Source: Octopus bimaculoides | Taxonomy: Eukaryota | DNA length: 64,000 nucleotides | NCBI RefSeq assembly: GCF_001194135.2 | Contig: NC_068985.1 | Coordinates: 96,446,490-96,510,489 of the forward strand | Reading direction: 5' to 3' | Shown: in pieces, positions 1-11,949 of the stretch | Layout of the letters: each line of letters starts with the position of its first letter | How positions within the stretch are numbered: position 1 is the first letter of the stretch | Made by a program: the position numbers and the translations under genes | The notes under the pieces: model-generated | Told to the model about the DNA's origin: nothing | What the model saw: the letters and a program-made list of their open reading frames with translations, nothing else | Database searches by the model: none

Positions 1-647
1 GTGAAACTGGTACTACTTAAATATAGAGGTCTCTTATCGGTACTACTTAAATACAGTGGTACTACTTCGATACAAGTGTTACGCACAAAGCATTTTAAAT
101 GTACGTGTGTAATGATACCTTAACTAACCCTAAAACTAACTGTTATATGGACTGTTAGATATGAAATTCGTCTGACGTTCCGTGTGTCACTGTGGTTCGT
201 CTGAGTTCATTGTTTCATTGTTGTTGTCTTGTGTGACTGTCGTAGTAAAATGTCATTGATAGATATGGCGGACATGATTCTTGTTTATTCATAACGAACA
301 TTGGGTGAGTGCGTTCTTTGTATGTAATTGAATAATAAATGTAATAATTAAATTGTACAACTCGTTGTGTTATCTCTGCGAGTCTTCCGAGGGAAATACA
401 ACACTAACCCTCCTCTTCATATTGTTACGTAGATGCATCGCAACCTCTGTATTTAAGTAGGGCCGTGAAATTAACGGTTTCTGTGTGTTCTTGACTGGCT
501 TACAAACATCTAAGCTGCAATTGGTTTTGTTTCAGCACACGGTTTCAGATCAAGTCACTTGCTATGCAAGTAAATCTCTGTAATTTTTTAAAATCACTGT
601 GGATAAATGCCAGCACTGACCTTCTCAGGCTCCCCAATATTTTAATT

Positions 648-1461
648 TCTAAGCAGAAACAATCGGGGGCAGAGAGTAGGGTTGTTAAAAAAAAATTCAT
701 AATTTCTTAAATTTCCTTTTTTATAGCATATAAATCTATGAGGTAAAAATATTGAAAAATATCAATACATGCGAGAGTGATAAGGAAACTAGGGGGAGGG
801 GTTGTCTTTGGATATGCTAGAAACAACAGCCAAATCGCCCTTAAATCACTCACTTTTCTCTCTGACTATATTATCAATTGAAAAAATATTTTTTTTTTTA
901 CCGAAAATGCATCTTTCCATGGTTTTGAAGTGCCAAAAAAAAAAAATTAGCCAAAATAGGTCCGGAGTGGGATGATGAGGGAGTGGGGTGTAAAGAAAGA
1001 AAGAGTTTACAAAACTTTTTTCATACAAAGATGCCCCCTCCCCCCCCGCAACCCCATCATTTCGAAGGCTGTAGTTGTTTAAAAAAAAATTGAAGTAAAT
1101 CTCTGAAAAAATTTCCCCCACAAATTTCTTTATAATCGTAATCTATGCCGTTTGAAAGGGATTTGTATAAATTTTCATTAAAAGATACCCATCTTCCTGA
1201 AAGTTATGAGGGAAAATAGTCAGATCGTGTGAATTTTTCAAAACTCCTCTCTCCACCTTCTCGGAAAAAATTCTCTCTCATAAATCCCTATATACTCTGA
1301 AGCCACAACGATGAAAGCAGTACTTACTAAGCACGTGATCACTATTATACAAAGAAATAATTAGACGTAAAATATAAAAATTATTAGTATTGGAAATCAA
1401 ATGAGAAAATATTATCAAGGGGCTAGCAGAAAACCGCCCGGAAGGCGGTCTTTCTGCTAGT
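648..1461 (+). mobile_element. Non-autonomous Helitron/Helentron (HINE)-like element
   Basis: 5' AGCAGAAA (652-659) is inverted to 3' TTTCTGCT (1451-1458). Terminal hairpin CTAGCAGAAAACCGCC-CGGAA-GGCGGTCTTTCTGCTAG (1423-1460) ends CTAG|T. Confidence 0.5.
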
Positions 1462-1628
1462 AATTATTAATACAGTTATCAATTGGCTCCGTTAAACATT
1501 TATTTTTGGCCTGCATTATTATAAGGAATTTGGGAATAAGTATCCTTTCCCCTGCAAGATCTATTTTAAACTTCAATCCGGCCCTCAGAGCCAAAAGCGT
1601 TTGATACCTCCGCTTTAAACAGTTGTTA

Positions 1629-1990
1629 GTGGAGGCTCAATGGCCCAGTGGTTAGGGCAGCGGACTCGCGGTTTCGATTCCCAGACCGGGCGTTGTGAGT
1701 GTTTATTGAGCGAAAACACCTAAAGCTCCACGAGGCTCCGGCAGGGGATGGTGGTGAACCCTGCTGTACTCTTTCACCACAACTTTCTCTCACTCTTACT
1801 TCCTGTTTCTGTTGTGCCTGTAATTCAAATGTCACACTGTGTCACGCTGAATCTCCCTGAAAACTACGTTAAGGGTACACGTGTCTGTGGAGTGCTCAGC
1901 CACTTGCACGTTAATTTCACGAGCAGGCTGTTCTGTTGATCGGATCAACAGGAACCCTCGACGTCGTAAGCGACGGAGTGCCAACAACAA
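1629..1990 (+). mobile_element. tRNA-headed SINE, family D
   Basis: A-box TGGCCCAGTGG, B-box GTTTCGATTCC, (CAA)n-like tail. Close copies at 57301-57608(-) and 51796-51967(-); diverged copies at 13790-14075(+) and 37915-38205(-). Confidence 0.85.
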
Positions 1991-2191
1991 ACAGTGGTTA
2001 AATTTGTTAGAAATATCAGCCAAATCTTCCTCAAAATCATACCCCGCCATCTTGAAATGCAAGTGTGACGAAGATTAGTGAAGGAAACTTTAGAGCAAAT
2101 TAGTTTATTCCACTTACACTCAGTAATTATTAACACAGATCAGAATGAAAGTGAAATAAACTGCTTCGTTGTTAACAAGAGAAACAAAAGC

Positions 2192-2771
2192 GGATCTTTT
2201 TTAAAACGGGGGCCACATTTTTCATTAATGTTTTACGTAGTGTTTTTGGTACCGAAAGACTTCCAAACTTCGTATACTTATCTATTTTGTGTTATAGAAC
2301 AGAAAAATATTTTTGTATTCGAATTTATTTCATGTAAAAAATTGTCTTATTTCGATAATTTCAACCAATCACTGACAAGTATTCAGTTGTTTACATTTAC
2401 TCCTTTGGCTGATTAAGCCATAGCTTCGTTTTATTTGCTTTTTTCATTTTCTTTTTTTTCCTTCGTTTTATTTGCTTATTTCTTTTTAAATTTGCTGTTT
2501 TACCCTAACCCTAACCCTATCACCGATAGAATTGTTTCAGAATCGTTTGTTTATGTAGTCGGCACTTAATGTATATCGGCTGAATGGACGTCAGTGATTG
2601 GTTGAAATTACAGAAATACGACAACTTTAACATGGAATAACTTAGGGATTTCTTTTTTTTTTTTAAGAAGACTAAGAGAAAAAGATGTTTTATATGACAC
2701 ATTCTACCAGTGTTCCAAGTTTCAAAGTGTTTCGTTAATGAAAAACGTGGCCCCCGTTTTAAAAAAGATCC
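2192..2771. mobile_element. Foldback MITE with long imperfect TIRs
   Basis: Terminal 37-bp inverted repeats GGATCTTTTTTAAAACGGGGGCCAC(A/G)TTTTTCATTAA (36/37 identical), plus a second inverted block AATTTCAACCAATCACTGAC further in. Confidence 0.8.
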
Positions 2772-3886
2772 ACAAAGGCTTACGTTTATAGCAGACATTT
2801 CGTCGCCCTTTTGTAATTAACATAGCGGAGGTATAATTTGAGGGAGATTTGGCTATTGTTTCTCACAAGTCGAACCGCTATATAGATCAGAGGTAAGTGT
2901 CAAACTCGTTTGCCTTGGCGGGACGCATTAAAAATTAAAATGGAATTTGCAGGCCGAATATGGGGCAGTGGTTCATGAAAGCCTTATTCATAATATGAGC
3001 CACAAATAAACGGATAAAGGAGTGAATATACAGTCCTTCGTTAGGTTATTCTGATCCTTCAGTTAACTATCTTAATATAATACAGTTCTACTTACAATGT
3101 CACAAGATAAATTATGAAATGGTCACGACTGGAACGCCTTTGGTCATAGGTTTACTCGGCTTGAGCAGAAGTGGGATTAAAAAAACCACAAACACAGCTC
3201 AATGGAGAGCGTCTAATGCCATCTACTGGCAAGAGAAAAGAAAGTTCATTCAAGAACAGTTAACTCTGACATGATCGTCTGCAAAAAATATCTGAGCTTC
3301 AACTGATAAGTGACCATGAGAAAAAGACATATCGGCTGATGGCATCTTTCAGTTGTTTCTGTATACATCGTTTAAATTGAAGTGAAGCAAGAAGATCTTC
3401 ATCACGAAATTGAAGAGAAAAAAAGAACGGTTGCGGAAATATGTGTATGTAATGAATAAATGTTGAGGTTTTTGTGAATATATGCTGGTATATAATAAGT
3501 GTGTGTGTGTGTTTGAGGAGATATGTATATACGTATACATCTACACATAGATGTGTGTATAGATATAGTACGTAAATATTTGCGCATATATATGTGTGTG
3601 TACGAGTATGTATAAGTACTTATACATATTTGTATGTGTATGATTGTGTGTGCATATACATGTGTGTGTATAAATCTATGTATATATATCATATATACAC
3701 ATAAATAAACTTACATGTTAAACACCATCCCTTTCTCCGGTTTTCCTAAAAAACAAAATTACCATTGAATATATTAGAGTGCATACTAATTATCCATAAA
3801 TACATGAAATAATGTGTAGAAATATATACGGTGCACACTCACATACACACAGACGCATGCATATATATACGCATACACACGAAGGG

Positions 3887-3917
<31 letters not shown>

Positions 3918-5504
3918 TAGTTGGGTTGGGGGATTATCTACAGTGATAGTGGCAAAGCTACGAGTGGTAGTCTTTTTCTCTCAGCAGTCGATAACAGAGA
4001 CATTGTATCATCCTAAATACAATCAACCTTACAAGATGGGGATCAGTAAAAAGCACTCACTGACAATGTAAAACGAGATCCTTCGCTTGCCAACCCACCG
4101 GTTTCGCTACTAAATGTAGGTTACACCTTCATGTAAGCTCCAATTAAAATAACCGACCGTCATTATTCATATATCGAGGTTCAATTCTATATTTTGCTTC
4201 AGTACTTCAGAAATCAGATATTCTTTAATTATCCTTTTTCTTCTAGGCAGGGTTTCTTAATGCTATCTTTCTGTTTTCATATAGATATATTCATTAATTC
4301 CGACCCCCAAGAACACAGGGGAGAGTATGTACGTGTGTGTGTGAGGTAACGAGCAGGAGAAAAAAGTACTTGATAACTGAGGTGGAATACAGATAATTTA
4401 ATTCAGTCAGCTGAACCTTAGGGTTTCCATGCGCACAGGAATACCCGTTTCGTCAAACAGTCTGGGCTAGAATTATACCTCTAACCCTACCTCCTGAAAA
4501 ACCCCAAGATGACGAATGGACCATAGACATCTAACTGGTTAGCACAGATCTTATGTTGGTGTGATCAGCAAGCCAGTGACTTCTTATAAATCTCAAGGTT
4601 AAGAATCAAGAAGAAATATCATAGTTACTCGTGTATACGACGCACCTCTAATTTAGTGTCGAATCTTTGTACTATTTGTTTTTCCTTTCATAGTTTTAAC
4701 TCTTTGCTTGTGTATAAGTGACACTATTTGTTACGGACTCACCGTTAGCATTAAAAAGATAGAAGTGATGCTTTAGTTTAAATTTGGCGTTCTACTTCAT
4801 GGTTCGATCCCAAACACAAGGAAAAACTCGGTTCGGAGAAAAATTCCGCAATCTGGAAGAATGGAGTTTCTTCTTGCAGAACAAACAATCCTCGTTAATG
4901 ATGAGATCATTATGCAAATATGCAAAACGTGCATTGCTTTCTGAAGACTGCAACGTTGATCTGTTCGCGAGGGAAGATTTAATAAATTTGGCCTTCGTTC
5001 ACAGCATTCCGGTCTCGTTGTTGGAAACTGAATGAAACCCGCCACGCGCGCTCGCCCGTGTGTTCGTCTTGACAGCGTGATAGTTGTAAATGAATGCTAC
5101 CGTCATACAAGTGGTGTTGCTCATTTCTAATTTTCTGTGAAAACATTTCCAGTCATGGTAAAACGTTACCATGCCAACATTATAATCCAAATTTGTCACT
5201 AATCTCTTTGAGTTGTTCCCCTTAATTTCTTTTTCTTTTAAAAGGAAATAGTTCCAAGATTTTTTCTACGTGGTAAATTATCAAGTGCAAAGAGGCGGGG
5301 ACGGGGGTCAGTGATATGCTGATGGGGTCAAAACAGGTGTCCAAACCAGTCCCTCACCTTCTAAACAAAGATGGATTTGTCCTTTTTTTTTTTACGTATG
5401 TTTATTCAACCGTGAAAACAGTCTTAATTCCTAGAAATTACCATCTCTTCTTATTCAGAGATATTGACAATTTCCGCTTTTGTGGTAATTATTAATAACA
5501 CAAA

Positions 5505-5790
5505 GGCAACACACACACACACACACACACATACGCATGCACACAACGCACGTACACACACACACATACATACGCAACGCATGCACACCCATACACACGC
5601 ACGCAACGCACACACACATACGCGCGCGCACACATACATACGAAACGCCTGCACACACACACGCACGCACACACATACACACACGCAACGCGCACATACA
5701 CACACAGATATACACACGCACGAGTGAGCGCACGCACTCACACATACACACGCACACACTCTGTACAAACGCCATACAAACACACGTATG
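5505..5790. repeat. Compound (CA)n/(CGCA)n microsatellite
   Basis: Directly visible; it explains the HT/CV-rich spurious ORFs. Confidence 0.95.
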
Positions 5791-6039
5791 CAAATACTTA
5801 ATGTGTTCTCCCAAGGACCGATACGTGCAGAGCAGACATTAATATTTATTATTTCAATAAAGCAAATTTCATTCATTTTACTCACAGACATATCCGGTTT
5901 GTGCGTAGATGTATGTGTAAACCGGAAGTGATGTAATTGAAAGTTCCCACATTAACAAATTTCGTTACGTGTGTGCGTGTGTATGTGTGTGNNNNNNNNN
6001 NNNNNNNNNNNNNNNNNNNNNNNNNNNNNNNNNNNNNNC

Positions 6040-6432
6040 AGAAGCGTTAATACGCCGGGCGAAATGCTTAGCGGTATTTCCTGTCTTTACGTTCTGAGTT
6101 CAAATTCCGCCGAGATCGACTTTGTCTTTCTTCCTTTCCTGGTCGATAAATTAAGTACCAGTTTCGTACTTGGGTCGATCTAATCGACTGGCCCCTTCCC
6201 CCAAAATTTCGGGCCCCGTCCCTAGAGTAAAAAGGAATCGTTAGCACACCGGACGAAATGCTTAGTGGTATTTCGCCTGCCGCTACGTTCTGAGTTCGAA
6301 TTCCGCGGAGGTCGACTTTGCCTTCCATCCTTTCCGTGTCGATAAATTAAGTACCAGTAAAACACTGGGGTCGATGAAATTGACTTACCCCCTCCCCACA
6401 AATTTCAGGCTTTTTGCCTATACTTGAAAGGT
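6040..6432 (+). mobile_element. Two tandem copies of tRNA-headed SINE family B
   Basis: Repeated GTTAGCAC.CCGG.CGAAATGCTTAG...GAGTTC(A/G)AATTCCGC.GAG.TCGACTTTG unit. Other copies at 7777-7950(+), 21655-21830(-), 25078-25255(+), 31625-31815(+), 32340-32530(-), 39345-39484(-), 40030-40245(-), 43046-43270(+). Confidence 0.85.
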
Positions 6433-8233
6433 TATACATATGTGTGTGTCCATGTGTATAATGTGTGTGTTTGTGTGTGTGTATATATACATACATGTGT
6501 GTATGTATATAGAATTATATATATATTTAAAATTATAATTGAGGGTATCTAAGAGATACCACCATGCTTGAAATAGCAGCCAAAACTTGACTCTAAAACC
6601 ACATTAAATGCTCGTTAAATGTGTTAACTCATTCAATGCTAGCTGCCAGAGAGAAAGAGAATGTTTGGTTTCGTTTTAATTAGTTATTTTAGCAAATTTA
6701 GATAATTGCGTCTTAATCCCCCCCTCCCCTAACCAAACTAAATTGCTTTTCCTAACAGTAATCATTTAACCATGAAGTAGGTGTGGTTGATGCAGTCACA
6801 AGATATTGTATGCACAGCCAGGCACCTGGTCTCGCTCAGTATGGAGAGCAAAATGTGAAGTTTTTGTTAACACAGTGAAAAAATAAAGAAATGACGAAAT
6901 AGCGCAACCACAGAACTAGTGGTGGTCTCAAAGACAGTTGGTAACAAAGCTTAACTCAATGAAGACCACCGCTAATTCTCTGACATAAAAACACACCATT
7001 CTGAAGTGTTGGTACTTAAAATAGTTTTCCGTCTTTCTAACAAGTGAATTGTTAAACAAGATGGAGGTCACTATATTACGCTTTAGAAATGGTTGGATTA
7101 GGTTGACAAATGTGTTTATTATGTACATGCATGTCTGTTTACAAATTTGTGCCTCTCAGAAAGTTCCTAAGCTACGAGTGATGTTGTTTTCTAGTCAACA
7201 AATTGATGCTGGCTTTGAGACTTATAAGATGCATGGAATAAGAGATCTTGTACTTGAAAATCAGGGTTGGCAATAACGAGGATATTCTCATGTAAAACAA
7301 AGCTTCAATAATGCTTGTTAGTTTTTGACATTTATTTTACCATTCTAGCATTGGTTAGACTCGAACATTTTACTACTCGCCTCTCCAAATTCTTGTTTAA
7401 ACTGAAATTTATCAACAGCCATAGATAGTATATTCTCATTAGAAATATAGTCAAGAGAGGGTTAAGGCAATATTTAGGGATGTGTTAAGCCGGTTTATTT
7501 ATGGAGGAACTAAACTATGAGGTAACTTTTCTGAATTTGCCAACTCCTGACCTGTTTATTGTATTGGACTAATTTTTATATAATACACATTATATGGCCT
7601 GGTGGTTAGGCGAGCTGCACTCATGATTAGGAGATCATGGTTTCGATTGCTTCCCAGCCATGTGGATCTAGGTTCAGTCCCACTACACAGCCCCTTGGGC
7701 AAGTGTATTCAATTACAGCTGAAGTCAATTTGGTAGATGGAAACTGAAAGAAGCAAACTGAAGATGGAAACTGAAAGGCGGCGAGCTGCCAGAAACGTTA
7801 GCACGCCGGGCGAAATGCTTCGTGGTATTTCGTCTGTCTTTACGTTCTGAGTTCAAATTCCACCGAGGTCGACTTTGCCTTTCATTCTTTCAGGGTTGAT
7901 TAAATAAGTACCTGTTATGCACTGGAGTCGATGTAATCGGCTTAATCCCTTTGTGGGCAATAAAGAAATAAGGAAACTGAAAGAAGCATGTTGTATGTGT
8001 GTGTGCCTTGACATCAAACAAGCATAAATGTCATACAAATGACGGTGTTTGTTACCAGTCATCTGTGAGGAGCATGTCTGCCCAAAACAAAATATTTATG
8101 TTGCATTGAAACAGGTGAAAGTTGGGGACAGGAAGAGCATCTAGCCATAACAAATTTCCTTGAAGAATCTAATCAGATCCATGCATCATAGATGTTAAAT
8201 GATGATATATTTGAGTAACAAAGCAAAGATATA

Positions 8234-8446
8234 CAGGGTGTTCAAAAAGTCTTTCCGCAGTGAATATTTTCATCCTGCGTATGTGCAACTTGGCTATCAC
8301 TGCATGGAATGACACTTTCAACACCTAGGATAAAGTTTTTTTAAATCTTGTAAAGTCTAATACATTCTTTTGTAGTCTTATACCATCTTATAAATATTTA
8401 TTTTGCAATAAAAGACTTACTGAGGAGAGACTTTTTAAACACTCTG
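8234..8446. mobile_element. Tc1/mariner-type MITE
   Basis: TA|CAGGGTGTTCAAAAAGTCTTTCC ... GGAGAGACTTTTTAAACACTCTG|TA: 23-bp TIRs (20/23) with TA target duplication. Confidence 0.85.
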
Positions 8447-9048
8447 TATATATGAGCAACAGAGGCAGTGTTAATACTGAAAGTAGATTGCTTACCAACC
8501 ACATGATTCCAAGTTCAGTCCCACTGCGTGGCACTTTAGGCAAGTGTCTTTGACTATAGCCTCGGGCCGACCAAAGACTTGCCAGCGGATTTGGTAAGCG
8601 AAAACTGAAAGATACCCGTCATACATGTTTGTGTGTGTGTGCTTGTCCCCGCTACATCTGCTTGGTAACCAATGTTGGTGTGTTTACATCCTTGTAACTT
8701 AGTGATTCAGCAAAAGAGACTGATAGGATAAGTACTAGGCTTACAAAGAATAAGTCCTGGGGTTGATTTGTTCGACTAAAGGCATAGCCACAGTCATATG
8801 ACTGAAACAAATAAAAGAATATATATATATAATATATATACACACATACTATCAGAGTGTTTGGTGTTAGGAAGGGCATCCAGACATAGAAACCATGCCA
8901 AATCAGACTGGAACCTGGTGCAGCCCTCTGGCTTGCTAACTACAGTCAAACCGTTCAACCCATGCCAGTATGGAGAGTGTACATTAAATGATGAAGATAT
9001 ATGAGTGACAGAAATGGTATTAATACTGGGGTGTGTGTGTGTGTGTGT

Positions 9049-9545
9049 GATCATCATCATTTAATGTTTGCTTTTCCATGCTGGCATGGGTTGGATGGTT
9101 TGACTGAGGACTGGCAAGCCAGGAGGCTGCACCAGGCTCCAATCTGATTTGGCAGAGTTTCTACAGCTGGATGCCCTTCCTAACACCTACCACTCAATAA
9201 GTGTAGTGGATGCTTTTTACGTGCCACCAGCACAGGAGCCAGTCAGGCAGACCTAGCATTGGCCACGTTCGGATGGTGCTTTTTAGATGTCACCCGTAAA
9301 TAGCACCATTTGAGTGAAATCGTTACCAGCATCGCCTTCTAGCACTTGTGCTGGTGGAACGTTAGANNNNNNNNNNCACTACACTCTCGGAGTGGTTGGC
9401 ATTAGGAAGGGCATCCAGCTATAGAAACTCTGCCAGATCAGATTGGAGCCTGGTGCAGCCTTCTGGCTTGCCAGTCCTCAGTCAAATCGTCCAACCCATG
9501 CTAGCATGGAAAGCGAACGTTAAATGATGATGATGATGATGATGA
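9049..9545. mobile_element. Inverted pair of RTE-LINE 3'UTR fragments (family C)
   Basis: 9049-9365 minus copy with (ATC)n and 9377-9545 plus copy with (GAT)n tail, separated by a 10-N gap. Confidence 0.8.
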
Positions 9546-11260
9546 CTGGCACAGGAGCCAGTCGTCGGGCACTAGCATTGGCCATGTTTGGATGGTGCTT
9601 TTTACGTGCCACATACACCAAAATATTCAATATGTATAAAACAAATGCCAAAACACTTCAGAAGATGACAAATAATCCAAGAAAACAAGTGAGATAAAAA
9701 AACAAAACAAAATAAAAACAAAATATAGAAATTATTTTAATTAAAAAAAGTTCAGAGAGAGAGGGATGCCCTACTATACAATATGTATAATTTTATCTCA
9801 GGTGAGACAGTTAACGAATGGTGTACAGGTGTGCATAAGGTATAAACCAAAATTGATACATATGCACTCACACACATACACAACACACACACACATGCGT
9901 ACGTATATACATACGTAAGTACACACATATACACATCTTAAACAATCTGGCTAATTATGTCGCCAATAAAGTTTAAGAGATAACCAGTCGTTAAAAAAAC
10001 ATACTTACAAAGGTGTATGTGTGTGTGTCTATACATGAATGTGTTCCCACATACAGATGTATGTATACCGTATATATATTTACACACATATACACACACA
10101 CACATACACAGGGCATGAAACATACACACACAAGTTTCATTATATTGCTCTCATTTTTGTTTTTTTTTACAAAAAAAATTTTTTTTTTAACTTTAGTAAA
10201 CAAAAAAATACAAAATTTAGAAAAATAAAAAAAAAAAACAAATCAACAAAATGACACCATCCAATCGTCAATTCATTTTTAAAAAAAAAAAAATCTTTTG
10301 CACATTTTTAGTTTGTCCCAATCACTTGGACCAACTCTCAGAGTTTGAGGGAAGGGGTACAAAAAAAAAAAAAGTGACGGGGGCAATTTTTAAGTTAGTT
10401 TTAGACTCGTTATCACCATGGCAACAAGACATCAGGCACAAAGGCATTGGTTAAGATACGTCAAAGTGACAACCAAGGCTTGTTTTTTCAAAGAATGGCA
10501 GTAATGAGAAAAGGAGGAAAATATCTGTAAGTTGGCCAATTAACAAATGGGACAGGCCATGCTACAGCAACCTTAGATGCTTATATGCCAACGCACAAAT
10601 ATACCAATATGTAATAATAGTGTGTGTTTATGTATAAATACATGTATGCAAATAGGTGTGTATATATTGTGGATATTGCAACCACCTGATTGAAGAATGA
10701 GAGTGCACACGTATATATAAGTATGTGTGTGTGTATGTGTAATATTTAATCCGTAAACGGTAGTCTAACAAAACACATTTTGTCAGGTTAATGCTATGTA
10801 CTGAATATCTTATTGACTCTCAACTTACCTTTGAGACCTTTTTTCTAAGAGGCTAGACATGGCTGCTTTTCAACATGTCACCCCTGCAATACACACGCAC
10901 ACACACAGACATATATATACATATATACACACACACGTAGATGTTCTATTGTACTGTTTTGGCATATATGCATTTCTCCTCAACCTCTATTAAGCCTCCA
11001 TGTAAACCAACAGAATATGGTCAATTCTTAACTTTGTTCCATATGCTCAAAAGATTTAAAGAAATAAAGGAAATTTTTTTTTTTAAATGAAATAAAAAAA
11101 CTGAGCATCAATCCTTCCAATCAAAATTCTTTCTTCACAGAATCTTCCAAAGAATTTTCCAAAAATGTAGTCTTTTTCTCTCCTTTTTTTTTTACTTATA
11201 ATTTTTTTTTTTGTTAAATTCTTCACAATCGCAACATTTGTAATCCTAATCGATGCTTTT

Positions 11261-11604
11261 TTACTCGTCATCTTTGTCCTTCTGTGGTTTGATATCGCAA
11301 GCTTCAAAAAGCTCTTCCGGGGAATAACCAAGCAATCCTTGAAGGTCACAGACAAAACGGTAAACATAGCGCTTGCCTGCCGTCTTGTGGATAATGTTCT
11401 TATCGTAATAATACCGCAGACCACGGCTAAGTTTTTCATAGTTCATTTTGGGTTTATTTTTGCGAACACCCCATCTTCGTGCTACCTCATCCGGGTCAGA
11501 TAATTTGAATTCCCAACCATCACCAGTCCAACTAATGAAATGCTGGCAAGATTTATCTGTGAGCAATTCAAGAAGGAATTGCCAAAGCTGGATTGGGCCA
11601 CTCC
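11261..11604 (-). CDS. ETS1: ETS1/2 (pointed-like) transcription factor, last coding exon: ETS DNA-binding domain
   Basis: Translates (G)[99 protein letters not shown]...DDE*, nearly identical to the vertebrate ETS1 ETS domain as recalled. Acceptor TTTTGCAG at 11606-11605; TAA at 11263-11261. Confidence 0.98.
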
Positions 11605-11694
11605 CTGCAAAAGAGAAGATACAATAGTAATGTAGTTCTATATTTAAGAGAAGAGGAATTATGTACATTATTTACATTTGACGGATATTAGGCA

Positions 11695-11949
11695 AAACAT
11701 CGCAAAGCTGTGACACGAGGAGATATTGATAAATTGGGTATAGCTGATCATGTATGGAAAAATGGAGACCACCTCCCCCTGTGGGATAAAGTGAAAATAA
11801 TAGACAGAGAACACCACTGGAAAATATGAAAACTTACGGAAGCAGCACATATGCTAGGACACAACAACCTCCTAAGCAGACAGAGTGCAGATATGAATAG
11901 CATATGAGAACCGGTATTAATGAAGGATAAGAAAATATTAGATTTATAA
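11695..11949 (+). pseudogene. Penelope-like element remnant, GIY-YIG endonuclease C-terminal part
   Basis: Frame reads KHRKAVTRGDIDKLGIADHVWKNGDHLPLWDKVKIIDREHHWKI*KLTEAAHML...SI*EPVLMK, resembling the EH...S(G/A)IADH.W...H...W..V.IID.E..W..RK..EA pattern of Penelope GIY-YIG domains; two premature TGA stops. Confidence 0.75.

Noticed and set aside
1-440. CpG-rich window start with a GGTACTACTT triplication and AATAAA, LTR-like feel
   Set aside because: The left boundary is outside the window, and no second LTR, PBS/PPT or TSD is visible.
1629-1700. tRNA-like sequence at SINE heads (families A, B, D)
   Set aside because: A/B boxes only, no complete cloverleaf, and continuous with multi-copy SINE bodies; not tRNA genes.
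2503-2519. (CCCTAA)n telomere-like motif (also 29682-29699)
   Set aside because: Fewer than 3 full units, and one lies inside a MITE; not evidence of an interstitial telomere.
4784-5199. Short ORFs on both strands (83, 82 and 66 aa)
   Set aside because: No recognisable domain or codon pattern; kept only as part of the candidate 5' exon finding.
5451-5891. His/Thr- and Cys/Val-rich ORFs (also many similar ORFs elsewhere)
   Set aside because: Translations of (CA)n/(TG)n microsatellites.
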